From assembly GCA_030652335.1 (NCBI GenBank), contig JAUSAW010000002.1:101491-165490 (forward strand): a stretch of 64,000 nt of DNA, in the 5' to 3' direction. Both the position numbers and the translations under genes were made by a program. Position 1 is the stretch's first letter. The number at the start of each line of letters is the position of its first letter. Under the pieces are notes generated by a model that was not told the DNA's origin, did no database searches, and saw nothing but the letters and a program-made list of their open reading frames with translations. Positions 8,661-18,961 of the stretch are shown here, in pieces. This DNA comes from Gammaproteobacteria bacterium (GTDB lineage Bacteria; Pseudomonadota; Gammaproteobacteria; Francisellales; CACEW01).

Positions 8661-10517
8661 ATGCCCGAAATTTATTATCCGCAGGATATCGATATGAATA
8701 TGAGTATAAGAGAAGAAAATAAATTTTTAACTAATTATAATAAATTGGATTATTTTTCAATTCATCCTGAGGAAGAAACGAGCCGCACCTTAACAGAACT
8801 CGGCAGAATGTATTACTCCGGTAAAGATAGAATTCAAGATAGTAAAAAGGCTGTTTTCTTTTATGAAAAGGCCATTGAATTAACTGTTGATAATACCGCG
8901 CTATATCTATTGGCGAGAATATACTCCAAAGACCAGAAAGATAAGAGCGGCAAAATAGTTATTGCTAAAAATAGTGCCATTGCTGCTTATCTATTTTCAA
9001 TACTATCAGATAGCCTGCTTGAAACAGATGAGATAAAAGCCATGGTTGAAAAACCATCGCCCAGCGCAGACAAAGCGTTCCTTGATGATAAAAGCATCGA
9101 GGAAGCGTCCAAGGCTACTATTCGAGCATACGAAAAACATAAGAAAGATTACCAATCTGCCCTGCAAAGATACCAATCCACTCAGATGGAAATTGACACA
9201 TTTGCCATGGCAGCATTTTGCCTTGCCAATTTCTTGTTATCCGATGCTAAGTTGCACCTTGAGGCAAAGGATAAGGAATATATCGCAAAGTTGGATTTAG
9301 ATTACCGTAGCTGTGATTATTTTGACTACAGTAATTATACTAATAAAGCCCAATATACTAAAAAAGCGTTAAAAGTATTAAAACTCGCTGCAAAGCATAA
9401 TAACGAACGCGCCTATCAATTATTAGCAAAAATTTATGATGAAGGCAGATATGTCGAAAAAGATGCGGCTAAATCAGCCAATTATTATAAACAACTTGAA
9501 AAATTTAAAACAGATAAAAGTTTAGAAGAGACTGATATACCAGCAAGCGCTGAAACGACAACAAAAGACGCTTCCGCTCCGATAAATAGTAAAACAAAAG
9601 CTATTGCTGAAATACCGCATGTTAAAATGCCAGTAATTTCCGGTGCAAAAAGGGACAGAGCCCCCGCCAAAGATCCTTTATTAAATGAAGCCGTTAGCAA
9701 TGCTCGACCCTCCAAGAAATCAAGAACTGAATCTGAACCAGCCTCTACAAGTTTGAATACAGCAAATACAGGCGCCGGAGCCACTGTGGCACTATCAATA
9801 CCAAGCCGCGACAGCAAAGAGGCTAGCATGATTAGCCCAGGAGTGTTCAATGTTACCATTACACAAACTGAATTCATCCCTTTATGTAAGCCAGAATTAA
9901 TAGATTATTCTAAAGTTCAGCTGACTAATGCCGTCATGATTCCAGCCTCCAATAAATCTAAAATGAAAGGTCTACTAAAACCTGAATCATCTGAAGTTAA
10001 AATGCCAGAAAAAAGAACCGAGTTAAGCGATAAAGCTAAAGTTGCGATTGGATATTGGGGTGAACAATGCGTTTATTTCAAACTCAAAGATCACTTCGCT
10101 AAAAAGTATTGTCCTGCTGAAATCACTGAGTGTGATGATGGCTTTAATTTGATAGGCACTCGCACTAAAACGGCTAAAGATTTAACGATCAAAAAGCAAG
10201 AGATAACCGTTAGAGTGAAATGGTATAACAGAACTACAGAAAGCTTTAAACCCCTTGATTTAAAGGTGACTAAAACCTTACCTGGAGATCGCATCAAAAC
10301 GCGTTATATCGAAGTTAAGTCAACCACTTCCGATCGTGCCTTTAGCGCCCATTTTTCTGCTCAGGAGGTTAAAACCATGTTAGAGCACAAAAAAGACTAT
10401 ACCGTTTATAGGGTGTTTAATGCAGGCATCCCTCTTCCAAGAATTGAGAAACTAAAAGACCCTCTGCAAAAAATATTAGATGGCACGCTTTCAACTTCAC
10501 TCGATGTAAAAATGTAA
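8661..10517 (+). CDS. Sel1-like repeat protein with NLS-like motif and C-terminal DUF3883/NOV-type PD-(D/E)XK domain
   Basis: LGRMYYSGKDRIQDSKKAVFFYEKA and AYQLLAKIYDEGRYVEKDAAKSANYY Sel1 repeats; GYWGE...KWYN...KPLDL...YIEVKST; start may be near 8693. Confidence 0.8.
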   Translation: MPEIYYPQDIDMNMSIREENKFLTNYNKLDYFSIHPEEETSRTLTELGRMYYSGKDRIQDSKKAVFFYEKAIELTVDNTALYLLARIYSKDQKDKSGKIVIAKNSAIAAYLFSILSDSLLETDEIKAMVEKPSPSADKAFLDDKSIEEASKATIRAYEKHKKDYQSALQRYQSTQMEIDTFAMAAFCLANFLLSDAKLHLEAKDKEYIAKLDLDYRSCDYFDYSNYTNKAQYTKKALKVLKLAAKHNNERAYQLLAKIYDEGRYVEKDAAKSANYYKQLEKFKTDKSLEETDIPASAETTTKDASAPINSKTKAIAEIPHVKMPVISGAKRDRAPAKDPLLNEAVSNARPSKKSRTESEPASTSLNTANTGAGATVALSIPSRDSKEASMISPGVFNVTITQTEFIPLCKPELIDYSKVQLTNAVMIPASNKSKMKGLLKPESSEVKMPEKRTELSDKAKVAIGYWGEQCVYFKLKDHFAKKYCPAEITECDDGFNLIGTRTKTAKDLTIKKQEITVRVKWYNRTTESFKPLDLKVTKTLPGDRIKTRYIEVKSTTSDRAFSAHFSAQEVKTMLEHKKDYTVYRVFNAGIPLPRIEKLKDPLQKILDGTLSTSLDVKM

Positions 10518-10527
10518 AGGAAAGATA

Positions 10528-13500
10528 ATGTTCAACTCCCCTAAAGAATCCTTTGCAGAAACTGTTACAACACCTATGGAACTAAAGCTCCCTGCTATGG
10601 TTGCTAATATAAATAACGACACTGAACTTACGGCAGCTGCTCGCAGTGGTCAAAAAGACCTGGCATTAACCCTATTAAGCAGTGGCGTTGATATAAATGA
10701 AAAAGGTCTGCATGGTGATACGGCCCTAATTGCCGCAGCACAAAATGGTCATACCGAAATTGTTTTAGCTTTGCTTGAAGCTAAGGCAAAGATCGATGAG
10801 ATGAATGATTATGGTGATACTGCACTCATTTGGGCTGCTAATGATGGATATATTGAAATAGCACAAGCCTTAATAAAAGCAGACGCGATTATTGATCGAA
10901 AAAATAAAAGTGGTGTCACCGCATTGATGCTTGCAGCTAGTAATGGACATATCGCTATGTCCAAGCTTTTGCTAGATAACGGTGCCAATATCGAAGCAAA
11001 GGATAAGGATGGCACTACCGCCTTAATAAATGCTGCAGAAAAGGGACATACCAAAACAGCCCGTTATTTACTAAAAAAAGGCGCTAAGATTGATGCTAAA
11101 GACCGCTATGGTGTTACAGCATCCATGGCGGCCGCCCTTAAAGGACATTTTGAAACGGTAATAGCCTTATTGGATGGTGGAGCTGAAATCAACGACAGTG
11201 ATAATAATGGCAATACAGCTTTAATTTTGGCTGCACTGAATGGGCGTACAGACGCGATTTTAGTCTATTTAAAATACGGTGCTAATGTTAATGCAAAAAA
11301 TAAAGAGGGGGCTACTGCATTAATGTATGCCGCAAGTAGTGGGCATAATGGCACAGTTAACGTCTTATTCGATAACGGCGCAACAATTAATGAAAAAAAT
11401 AAAAATGGTCTTAATGCATTAATGTACGCTACAAAAAATGGACGTACCAAAACAGTGCGGCTCTTGCTACAGCTACAAGCCTCGATTAATGAACAAACCA
11501 AGAATGGCGAAACCGCACTAATGCAAGCTGCATATATAGGACATCGCAAAATTGTCCAAAGATTGCTAAAAAATAATGCTCTTACTAAGCTAAAAGATAA
11601 AGGTGGGGAAACAGCTGCACAAATTGCAAAGAGAAAAGGACATCCCGACATTGCAGAACTGATTAAAAATTATCACTCCAGTTCTGATATCAATACGAAA
11701 CCTTCAACTGATGCAGCCACTCCTGCCAGTAAAAAAGATAAAAATGGTGACACCGCTTTACTAGCAGCGATAAAAAATGGACATACCGAAATAGCTCTTG
11801 CCTTAATAGAGGCCGGTGCTAATGTCGATGAGAAAGATAAGGTGGGTAACACAGCGCTCATCTTGGCAGCACAAAATAACACCATCGATTTAGTCAAAAT
11901 ACTCTTAATCAAAAAAGCCAAGATCAACGAACAAAATAAAAATGGCACCAATGCACTAATTGCTGCCGCCTTTAATAAAGATAATGATACAGTCCGAGCC
12001 TTGCTTGAGAATGGCGCAAATGTCGATGATAAAAATAAGCACGGAACTACCGCATTAATTGCGGCTTCACAAAATGGATGTACAGAAATCGTTAGTAGTT
12101 TGTTAATGTGTGGCGCTTCGTTCGATGCAAAAGATAATAATGGCGATACCGCAGTAATAGTAGCCGCTGAAAGCGGACATATCGATGTCGTTAATGCCTT
12201 ATTAGATCGTGATGTCGATATCGATATAAAAGACAAAGAAGGCGATACTGCATTAATGAAAGCGGTACGTAACGGACATACCAGTGTAGTCCAAGCCTTG
12301 TTAAATAAAGGGGCCACATTTGATGATAAATATAAAAATGGCAATACCCTATTAATTCAAGCTGCATACGGCGGACATACAGAAACAGTCAAGACTTTAT
12401 TAACCAAAGTTAATGTCGATGAAAAAAGTAAATTTGGTAGCACGGCGCTTATTACAGCAGCACTTGAAGGACATGCCGACACTGTTCAAGCTTTACTGAA
12501 TGCAGGCGCTACTATCGATGAAAAAGATAATGATGGCGATACGGCCTTTATGGCGGCTGCAATAAATGGACATACTGACATAGCCCTTAGCTTGCTAGAA
12601 AGCGGTGCTAAACTCGAAGAAACCAATAAACTTATGTATACCGCCTTAATGCAAGCCGCGTTAAATGGAAATACCAGCACCCTTCTGGCCTTAAAAGAGG
12701 CTGGCGCCAGCATCCATAGTAAAAGTAAAGATGGTTTGACCGCACTTATCTTAGCTGCTCTAAGAGGACATAAAGAGACTGTAAAAGTCCTGCTCACCGC
12801 GGGTGCTGATAGTGATATAAAAACCGCTATAAAATTAAGCAAATCTGAAAAATCAAGCATTGTTCTGCTGATTGAACAATGTCGTTCTACTCTAAATGAA
12901 AACCTAACCATACCTGAACCTTCACCAACCAAAGCCGTCAGCAATCCTATAACGGAAAATGGATCTTCAAGCACTACTAAAGAATTCTTAATAATCCATA
13001 CATCACCAATAGCCGGCACAAGTGCTAATGAAAGGTTATCAACTTCGTCTCCAATTAGTGTTACTGCCAGCATGATCAGCCCAAGCGAATCAAAAGTCTA
13101 CATTGCAGCTTCAAGTAAGGATGACGTAATTGCCACGCCATCTTCAAATGATCAAAAACATGCAGGTATAATAAGAAAAAGACCGGCCGCTTTACACACA
13201 ATGTCAGATGATGAGGATAGTAAACCTCGACCGTCTAAACGCGTGACTATTGAAATTGATAAATCTATCACCGCAGCTATTAGCGAGGTATTAGCCAGCC
13301 CGAAACCTGTTAATGGTATCTCAGGCTTGATAATCCCTAAACGCGTCAGTGCTTTCAACACCTCATTAGCGCCAATAAGCACTAATAAGCTTATTGCTAC
13401 TACTCATATAGACCTTCAAGAGAAGGCTGCCATCACGGCTAAAGTCCTTCCCATGCTTGATACTACTGCTGGTGTAAAAAGGAAAAGACCAATAGCCAAA

Positions 13501-14367
13501 GATACTTTGTTAGATAAAGAAACCAGCGATCCTCGGCCACCAAAACATTCAAGGACCGAACCTGAAGCAACCAATAGTAATGATAAATCGGTAACAGCAG
13601 GTGCTGGTGTTAGTAGTGTTTCCACTAACACCACACCTAATCGCATAAATGCTGGCATGTCTAGCCCAGGTGTATTCAATGTGTCTATTACTCACAGACT
13701 GTTTAGCCCAACCCATGACCCTGATAAGTTAGATTATAAGAAAATCGAACTAGTTAGTACGGCTGTAGAATCTGAATCCCCTGCTAGTAAAGAGAATACA
13801 AGGACAGCGTTAAACGATGAAGTTAAAGCTACAGCATCTAAATCCTCTGATACTAAAAAGAATAGAACAGAGTTAAGTGATGAAGCTAAACAAGAAATCG
13901 GCTATTGGGGTGAAAAATGTGTCTATTCAAAACTTAAAGCGCATTATGCTGAAAAATACAGCCCTGCCGTTATCACTGAGCATGATGATGGTTTTAGTTT
14001 AAAAGGCACTCGCCGCAAAAAAATCTCAGAGACAGATATGGAAGAACAAAGCATAACTGTTCGGGTGAAATGGTACAATAAAACCAAAGAAAGCTTCAAG
14101 CCGCTAGATTTAAAGGTAACTAAAACTTTAGCCGATAAAAGCCAGAAAACACGCTATATAGAAGTGAAAGCCACCACTTCTGATCATGCCTTTAATGCTC
14201 AACTTTCTCAACGTGAAGTCGCGACCATGCTAAAGTATAAAAAACTTTATACGATTTGTAGAGTATTTAATACAGGCCTATCCAATGCTAGAATTCAAAA
14301 GATAAGGGATCCCCTGTCAAAAATGCTAGATGGAACGATAAAAGCATCGATGGATTTCAAAATTTAG
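10528..14367 (+). CDS. Ankyrin-repeat protein (22 repeats) with NLS-like motifs and C-terminal DUF3883/NOV-type PD-(D/E)XK domain
   Basis: Two blocks of 11 GxTAL..AA..GH repeats; S/T-rich linker; GYWGE...KWYN...KPLDL...YIEVKAT. Confidence 0.85.
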   Translation: MFNSPKESFAETVTTPMELKLPAMVANINNDTELTAAARSGQKDLALTLLSSGVDINEKGLHGDTALIAAAQNGHTEIVLALLEAKAKIDEMNDYGDTALIWAANDGYIEIAQALIKADAIIDRKNKSGVTALMLAASNGHIAMSKLLLDNGANIEAKDKDGTTALINAAEKGHTKTARYLLKKGAKIDAKDRYGVTASMAAALKGHFETVIALLDGGAEINDSDNNGNTALILAALNGRTDAILVYLKYGANVNAKNKEGATALMYAASSGHNGTVNVLFDNGATINEKNKNGLNALMYATKNGRTKTVRLLLQLQASINEQTKNGETALMQAAYIGHRKIVQRLLKNNALTKLKDKGGETAAQIAKRKGHPDIAELIKNYHSSSDINTKPSTDAATPASKKDKNGDTALLAAIKNGHTEIALALIEAGANVDEKDKVGNTALILAAQNNTIDLVKILLIKKAKINEQNKNGTNALIAAAFNKDNDTVRALLENGANVDDKNKHGTTALIAASQNGCTEIVSSLLMCGASFDAKDNNGDTAVIVAAESGHIDVVNALLDRDVDIDIKDKEGDTALMKAVRNGHTSVVQALLNKGATFDDKYKNGNTLLIQAAYGGHTETVKTLLTKVNVDEKSKFGSTALITAALEGHADTVQALLNAGATIDEKDNDGDTAFMAAAINGHTDIALSLLESGAKLEETNKLMYTALMQAALNGNTSTLLALKEAGASIHSKSKDGLTALILAALRGHKETVKVLLTAGADSDIKTAIKLSKSEKSSIVLLIEQCRSTLNENLTIPEPSPTKAVSNPITENGSSSTTKEFLIIHTSPIAGTSANERLSTSSPISVTASMISPSESKVYIAASSKDDVIATPSSNDQKHAGIIRKRPAALHTMSDDEDSKPRPSKRVTIEIDKSITAAISEVLASPKPVNGISGLIIPKRVSAFNTSLAPISTNKLIATTHIDLQEKAAITAKVLPMLDTTAGVKRKRPIAKDTLLDKETSDPRPPKHSRTEPEATNSNDKSVTAGAGVSSVSTNTTPNRINAGMSSPGVFNVSITHRLFSPTHDPDKLDYKKIELVSTAVESESPASKENTRTALNDEVKATASKSSDTKKNRTELSDEAKQEIGYWGEKCVYSKLKAHYAEKYSPAVITEHDDGFSLKGTRRKKISETDMEEQSITVRVKWYNKTKESFKPLDLKVTKTLADKSQKTRYIEVKATTSDHAFNAQLSQREVATMLKYKKLYTICRVFNTGLSNARIQKIRDPLSKMLDGTIKASMDFKI
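10615..12830 (+). repeat. Intragenic ankyrin repeat array (about 99-bp period), two blocks separated by a short linker near 11670-11735
   Basis: 33-aa periodicity visible in the translation; boundaries approximate. Confidence 0.85.
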
Positions 14368-14378
14368 AGGCCAAGTAA

Positions 14379-15611
14379 ATGATAAAGAAATCAATAAAAT
14401 ATGTTTATATAAGCTTTTTAATGGCTATCACCTGCTCTGCACATGCACTAACTCGCAATCAAAATATTCAGAATGTATTACAAAGTGACCTGGCTAAATA
14501 TCACATCCCGGGAATCGTAGTGAGTATTTTTAGCCCAGGCCAAGCCATACAGACTTTTACCGCCGGTATGAGCGATCTACAAGCTGGTACTCATATGCGC
14601 GCTAATGATTGGTTCCCGATAGGTAGCGTTACTAAATCTTTCCCGGCTGTTAGAATTTTACAGCTTCAAGAGCAAGGAAAGCTCTCCTTAAATCAAACCC
14701 TCAAGCAACTTGCCAAACCTGGCTCTGAGTTAGCGACAACGATTAATACTTACCCCTATTTGCAATCTATCACCTTACAAGAGTTGCTGACTCATAATAG
14801 CGGCATAGGTGATACTGAAAATGCCGATATATTTCATATAGAGTTTGCTGCCAACCCTACGAAAATTTGGACTGAAGCTGAATTGATGCGTAATGCCATG
14901 TCGCAAAAACCGCTCTTTAAACCAGGAACTCCCAATAAATATAATTATACTAATACCGATTACCTATTAGCGGGCATGGTTATTTCGTCGGTGACCGGCG
15001 AATCAGTCAGCCAAAATATGCAATTACTATTTAATCAAGCTGGGCTGCATCCAATATATTACGCTCATACCGGCACTCTTATACCAAAAGCTGTGTCCAA
15101 TAAACTGGCGCAAGGCTATATTGCTTCAAATAGCGGCTGGCCTGATATGGATATTTATGCCCATTATCCAAAAGTTAAACTTCAGGGACCAACACAATCT
15201 TATGCCTATAATATTACCGATCTCTCAAGCTATATGATCCCATTAAGCGCTCCTGCTGGTGGTATTATTACTACTACCTCAAATATGGTGTTATGGTATA
15301 AAGCCTTATTTATCGATAAAAAGCTAATCCCTGCCCCAGAACTAAAAGAATTGATAACGGGCATCCCTACTGGTTATGGATATGATTATGGCCTTGGTGT
15401 TACAGTACGCCAAGCCCCTCAATTTGGTGGCCTGGTCATTTCACATAATGGTAGTGAGTTAGGGTATCAGACCAATCTTATCTATGTGCCGCATTATAAT
15501 ATTATTGTAGCCATTGCGACTAATTCCGATAATGATGCTACGGGTGATTTTGATCATGGCATTCCTAACGATTTGCTCACCATCTTATTAGAAAAACCAG
15601 CCAATCATTAA
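14379..15611 (+). CDS. Exported serine hydrolase (beta-lactamase class C / DD-peptidase family)
   Basis: Signal peptide; SVTK (SxxK), YTN (YxN) and HNG motifs intact; LLTHNSG. Confidence 0.9.
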   Translation: MIKKSIKYVYISFLMAITCSAHALTRNQNIQNVLQSDLAKYHIPGIVVSIFSPGQAIQTFTAGMSDLQAGTHMRANDWFPIGSVTKSFPAVRILQLQEQGKLSLNQTLKQLAKPGSELATTINTYPYLQSITLQELLTHNSGIGDTENADIFHIEFAANPTKIWTEAELMRNAMSQKPLFKPGTPNKYNYTNTDYLLAGMVISSVTGESVSQNMQLLFNQAGLHPIYYAHTGTLIPKAVSNKLAQGYIASNSGWPDMDIYAHYPKVKLQGPTQSYAYNITDLSSYMIPLSAPAGGIITTTSNMVLWYKALFIDKKLIPAPELKELITGIPTGYGYDYGLGVTVRQAPQFGGLVISHNGSELGYQTNLIYVPHYNIIVAIATNSDNDATGDFDHGIPNDLLTILLEKPANH

Positions 15612-15628
15612 ACATTGCTGAGGTTATT

Positions 15629-15955
15629 ATGGCTAAACGGAAAAATCAACGACGCACAGCTTGCCCGCTTAATGATGCAACCGATGTTGCAGGCGGGCAA
15701 TGTAAAGAATTAATCCTGAACAAGTTAATCGGTGGTGCAATGAGCCTTAACCAACTTGCTGCCCTACTACCTGATATTTCAAATGAAATGCTCCTTCTCC
15801 AACTAGGGGAGCTTGAAGCTGACGAGTTGCTTATTTGCACTGTATGCACAGAAAACTCGCTTAATAATAAATATGAATTAACGAATAAAGGGCGTAGCTT
15901 GGAAAAGGCTTTTCATTCGCTTAAGGAACGAGGGGAAATAATTTTCTTAATTTAA
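15629..15955 (+). CDS. HxlR-family winged-helix regulator, divergent
   Basis: CPL...GG..K.LIL, LPDIS..ML..QL.ELE.D.L, YELT.KG; usual Trp residues replaced. Confidence 0.7.
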   Translation: MAKRKNQRRTACPLNDATDVAGGQCKELILNKLIGGAMSLNQLAALLPDISNEMLLLQLGELEADELLICTVCTENSLNNKYELTNKGRSLEKAFHSLKERGEIIFLI

Positions 15956-15956
15956 A

Positions 15957-16217
15957 TTATTTTTTATAATGATAGCGACATTGAGCCACATAGATACAGG
16001 CTTCGTGAATCTTATAAATGAGCCTATGTTCTTGATCAATTCTTCTAGACCAATAACACACTTTTTCAAAGCGCAACGGCTCAGGCTTGCCTAATCCAGT
16101 ATAAGAATTGACTTGTATGTCATTTAATAGCGCCTCAATACGAGCTACTTTCTTAGTGCTATTTTTTTGCCAATATGTCAGGTCTTCCTGAGCCCTGATA
16201 GTATAGATAATTTTCAT
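15957..16217 (-). CDS. yoeB: Txe/YoeB family toxin
   Basis: GLGKPEPL, WSRRIDQEHRLIY, CRYHY. Confidence 0.92.
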   Translation of the reverse strand: MKIIYTIRAQEDLTYWQKNSTKKVARIEALLNDIQVNSYTGLGKPEPLRFEKVCYWSRRIDQEHRLIYKIHEACIYVAQCRYHYKK

Positions 16218-16223
16218 AAACGA

Positions 16224-16472
16224 TTATTTTTTCTTCCCTTTATTTGCAATGATAGCTTCAATTTCATCAACGGCTTCAGCCAGACGGGCTGCATTAGCAG
16301 GGCTTTTAAGCAAGTAAGCCGTTTCCTGTAGCGCATTAAAATCTTCTAAAGAGATCATAACAACAGGTTCTGTATTGCCTCGAGTAATTATGATAGGGTC
16401 ATGCCCCTGGCATACGTCATCCATTGTTTTTGCAAGTTGCTGACGTGCAGCGGTATATGATATTACGTTCAT
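16224..16472 (-). CDS. yefM: Phd/YefM family antitoxin
   Basis: ISYTAARQQLAKTMD, ETAYLLKSPANAARL; directly upstream of yoeB. Confidence 0.92.
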   Translation of the reverse strand: MNVISYTAARQQLAKTMDDVCQGHDPIIITRGNTEPVVMISLEDFNALQETAYLLKSPANAARLAEAVDEIEAIIANKGKKK

Positions 16473-16489
16473 AACGATAAACTCCTGAT

Positions 16490-16514
16490 AATGTACATGT
16501 ACATTTTAATGTAC
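16490..16514. promoter_or_regulatory. Probable YefM-YoeB autorepression operator
   Basis: Perfect palindrome AATGTACATGTACATT (16490-16505) plus a further ATGTAC; TGTACA is the core of the E. coli yefM operator. Confidence 0.7.
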
Positions 16515-16708
16515 CTACTGGAAAGCTGCAACCTCTATCTTTTAACTGTAGTTAAATCATTCGTTGCTTAAGGGCATACAAATTAATAATGTCTCAGGTA
16601 TAGCCAATGTAAAAGCCATCGAGCCAATAAGCGCCTTGTGCTAGCTGGTCTAAATACCTACTTCGAATTTAATATCCAGCTTACCTTAACGGAGACCGCT
16701 ATTCGTAA

Positions 16709-18586
16709 CTATAGCTCCGCATAGGTCCCAATTGTAACCGTGCGGCCTTGGGGTAATTTTAAAAACTCTAAGGATGAAAAAGTCCCGACCGTATTTTCAA
16801 ACATAAAGATAAAGAAACGCTTTTGCCATTCGAATAAATCATCCGTTCTGCCAGGCAGTGGAGCCAAGGCAATATTCTCAATAAAGTACAAAGCGGTATC
16901 TAAATTCAATTGGATCGGCAATAAATTCTGTTGATTGGCAATTTTTAATTGAGAAGGGATATCGATGGCTTCCATAAAACCAAAGTGTAAAGTTAAATGG
17001 CACATACCGAGTGGCGCTTTGCTAAAGGTAAATCGATCTTTATCGTTAACATGTGGATGAGTATGCACCTGAACCGTAACGATAATCGAGCGCTTTGGAC
17101 GGGCCTGTAAAATATCAAAATAATGGAAAAAGCATTCGCCGGTTTGATCATAGCTGCCTGTTATGAATACGGCTTCTAATGGGGTTAACTTTGGCACATA
17201 TTCTGAACTCGGTTCAGCAACCTCAACATGTTGAGCTTTTGCGGTATTTCTTGCATATACGGTGCGCAATAAAGCCATGCCCTGGTACCAGATTAGCATG
17301 ACCGTCAAACAGCCCCAGGCAAATGCTAGCGGCATCCACCCGCCCAATGGAATTTTAAATATATTGGAGGCTAAAAAGGCCAGATCTACGAAGATAAAGA
17401 GCCCAAAAATTGAGGCAATTTTTAAAATAGACCATTTCCATACTTGATAGGCCAGGCATGTTACTAGGCACGCCATAATAACCATTTCCATATTGATGGC
17501 GATACCATAAGCATTGGTTAGGGCATTTGAATTTCTAAAAAACAATACTAAAAAGATACAACCCGCGGCAAAAAATACATTGATTAATGGCACATATATT
17601 TGGCCGGTTTGCTTAGTTGAGGTTTGCACTACTTTTATTCTTGGAATCACGCCAAGCAATATACCCTGCTTGGTAAGGGAATAGCTAGCTGAGATAATGG
17701 CCTGAGAGGCGATGATAGTGGCCGCGGCGGCTAAGATTAATAGCGGAAAGCCAAACCAACTCGGTGCGATATAATAAAAGGGATTGCTAACCGCCGATGG
17801 GGTTGTTAGTAAGTGCGCTCCTTGGCCGAAGAAGTTTAATACGCAGCCGGGCAATACCACACAGTACCAGCCTAGACGAATAGGTGCTTTACCAAATTGG
17901 CCTAAGTCAGCGTAAAGCGCTTCCGCCCCGGTAATCGCAAGAAATACACAGCCTAAAACCAAAAAGCCGGTAAAGCCATTATGATCAAAGAAATGCAAAG
18001 CATAATAGGGGTTTAAAGCTAATAAAATTTTAGGGTAGAGAATGATCTGTTTTAGACCTAATGCGGCAATGACGATAAACCAGACTAATAAGATGGGGCC
18101 AAAGGCTCCGCCAATTTTTTGAGTACCTAAGCGTTGGCAAGCAAATAGTACTAATAAAATCCCCACCGTCAGAGGCACAATGTACTCTGAAAAGTGCGGT
18201 GAAATCACGTTTAGGCCTTCCATAGCGCCCATAACTGAGACGGCTGGCGTGAGCATACCATCGCTAATCAACAGCCCTGCACCGAAGACCCCCAGCAAAA
18301 ATAGGTAGCGATAGCTTTTCTTGGTTTTATCAAATAAGGCGAGTAGCGCAAGTACACCGCCCTCTCCATCATTGCTGGCATTTAAAAAGATGCTGAGATA
18401 GCAGGTCGATACGACAATAATTAAGGACCAAAAGATTAAAGAGATTACACCCAATACATTGGATTGATTTACCGCAATATCATTAAAACAGGTTTGAAGC
18501 GTATAGAGTGGGCTAGTACCGATATCACCATAAACTACGCCCAAGGCTGCAAGTGCAAGAGCTGGATTAATTTTGTTACGCGACAT
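16709..18586 (-). CDS. kup: KUP/HAK/KT potassium transporter
   Basis: GVVYGDIGTSPLY, DGMLTPAVSV, GAEALYADLG. Confidence 0.95.
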   Translation of the reverse strand: MSRNKINPALALAALGVVYGDIGTSPLYTLQTCFNDIAVNQSNVLGVISLIFWSLIIVVSTCYLSIFLNASNDGEGGVLALLALFDKTKKSYRYLFLLGVFGAGLLISDGMLTPAVSVMGAMEGLNVISPHFSEYIVPLTVGILLVLFACQRLGTQKIGGAFGPILLVWFIVIAALGLKQIILYPKILLALNPYYALHFFDHNGFTGFLVLGCVFLAITGAEALYADLGQFGKAPIRLGWYCVVLPGCVLNFFGQGAHLLTTPSAVSNPFYYIAPSWFGFPLLILAAAATIIASQAIISASYSLTKQGILLGVIPRIKVVQTSTKQTGQIYVPLINVFFAAGCIFLVLFFRNSNALTNAYGIAINMEMVIMACLVTCLAYQVWKWSILKIASIFGLFIFVDLAFLASNIFKIPLGGWMPLAFAWGCLTVMLIWYQGMALLRTVYARNTAKAQHVEVAEPSSEYVPKLTPLEAVFITGSYDQTGECFFHYFDILQARPKRSIIVTVQVHTHPHVNDKDRFTFSKAPLGMCHLTLHFGFMEAIDIPSQLKIANQQNLLPIQLNLDTALYFIENIALAPLPGRTDDLFEWQKRFFIFMFENTVGTFSSLEFLKLPQGRTVTIGTYAEL

Positions 18587-18691
18587 ATTATTCCTCTGGA
18601 AATGATAGTATGCTCTATAAGCATATTTCGAATATAGCTTGAATACTAGCAGCTATTAAGAGAAAACAGTATGTAAAACTTAGGAAAAACC

Positions 18692-18961
18692 ATGGCATTT
18701 TTTGCACATTTACTGATAGCGGGATTATTTATCATATTATTTTATGTGGGCGTTAATTATTCTGCGCTTAACTATGAAATTAAAGAAATTAAAGCCCTGC
18801 AAGAAAAGATACCATCGCTTAGTGAATCTCAACGCGTCTATTATGTTAGTAAATATAATAAATCAGTCATCCGATATAATAGCCTTAAAAAATCCATCTT
18901 TGCTCTTCCCTTACTTAAACTATGCAAAAAGCTTAACCAAAATTATGAAATCATCAGTTAA
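18692..18961 (+). CDS. Small membrane-anchored protein, weakly LemA-like
   Basis: N-terminal TM helix; YNKSVIRYN..K.IF..P resembles the LemA C-terminal motif; AGGA SD. Confidence 0.5.
   Translation: MAFFAHLLIAGLFIILFYVGVNYSALNYEIKEIKALQEKIPSLSESQRVYYVSKYNKSVIRYNSLKKSIFALPLLKLCKKLNQNYEIIS

Noticed and set aside
10615-12830. Roughly 99-bp periodic DNA considered as a CRISPR or TALE-like array
   Set aside because: Repeats are degenerate, in frame and match the ankyrin consensus; there are no identical repeats with spacers, no TALE consensus and no cas genes.
10809-13679. Several antisense ORFs (up to 223 aa) with periodic sequence
   Set aside because: Shadows of the ankyrin repeat codons on the opposite strand; no independent coding signal.
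8661-16472. Possible mobile island (nucleases plus yefM-yoeB)
   Set aside because: No integrase, transposase, tRNA or flanking direct repeats seen; genes are interspersed with core genes such as gmhA and kup.
16530-16708. Coding-looking fragments between yefM and kup (e.g. LDQLAQGAYWLDGFYIGYT)
   Set aside because: Multiple stops, no start and no recognisable family; may be a remnant but cannot be supported.
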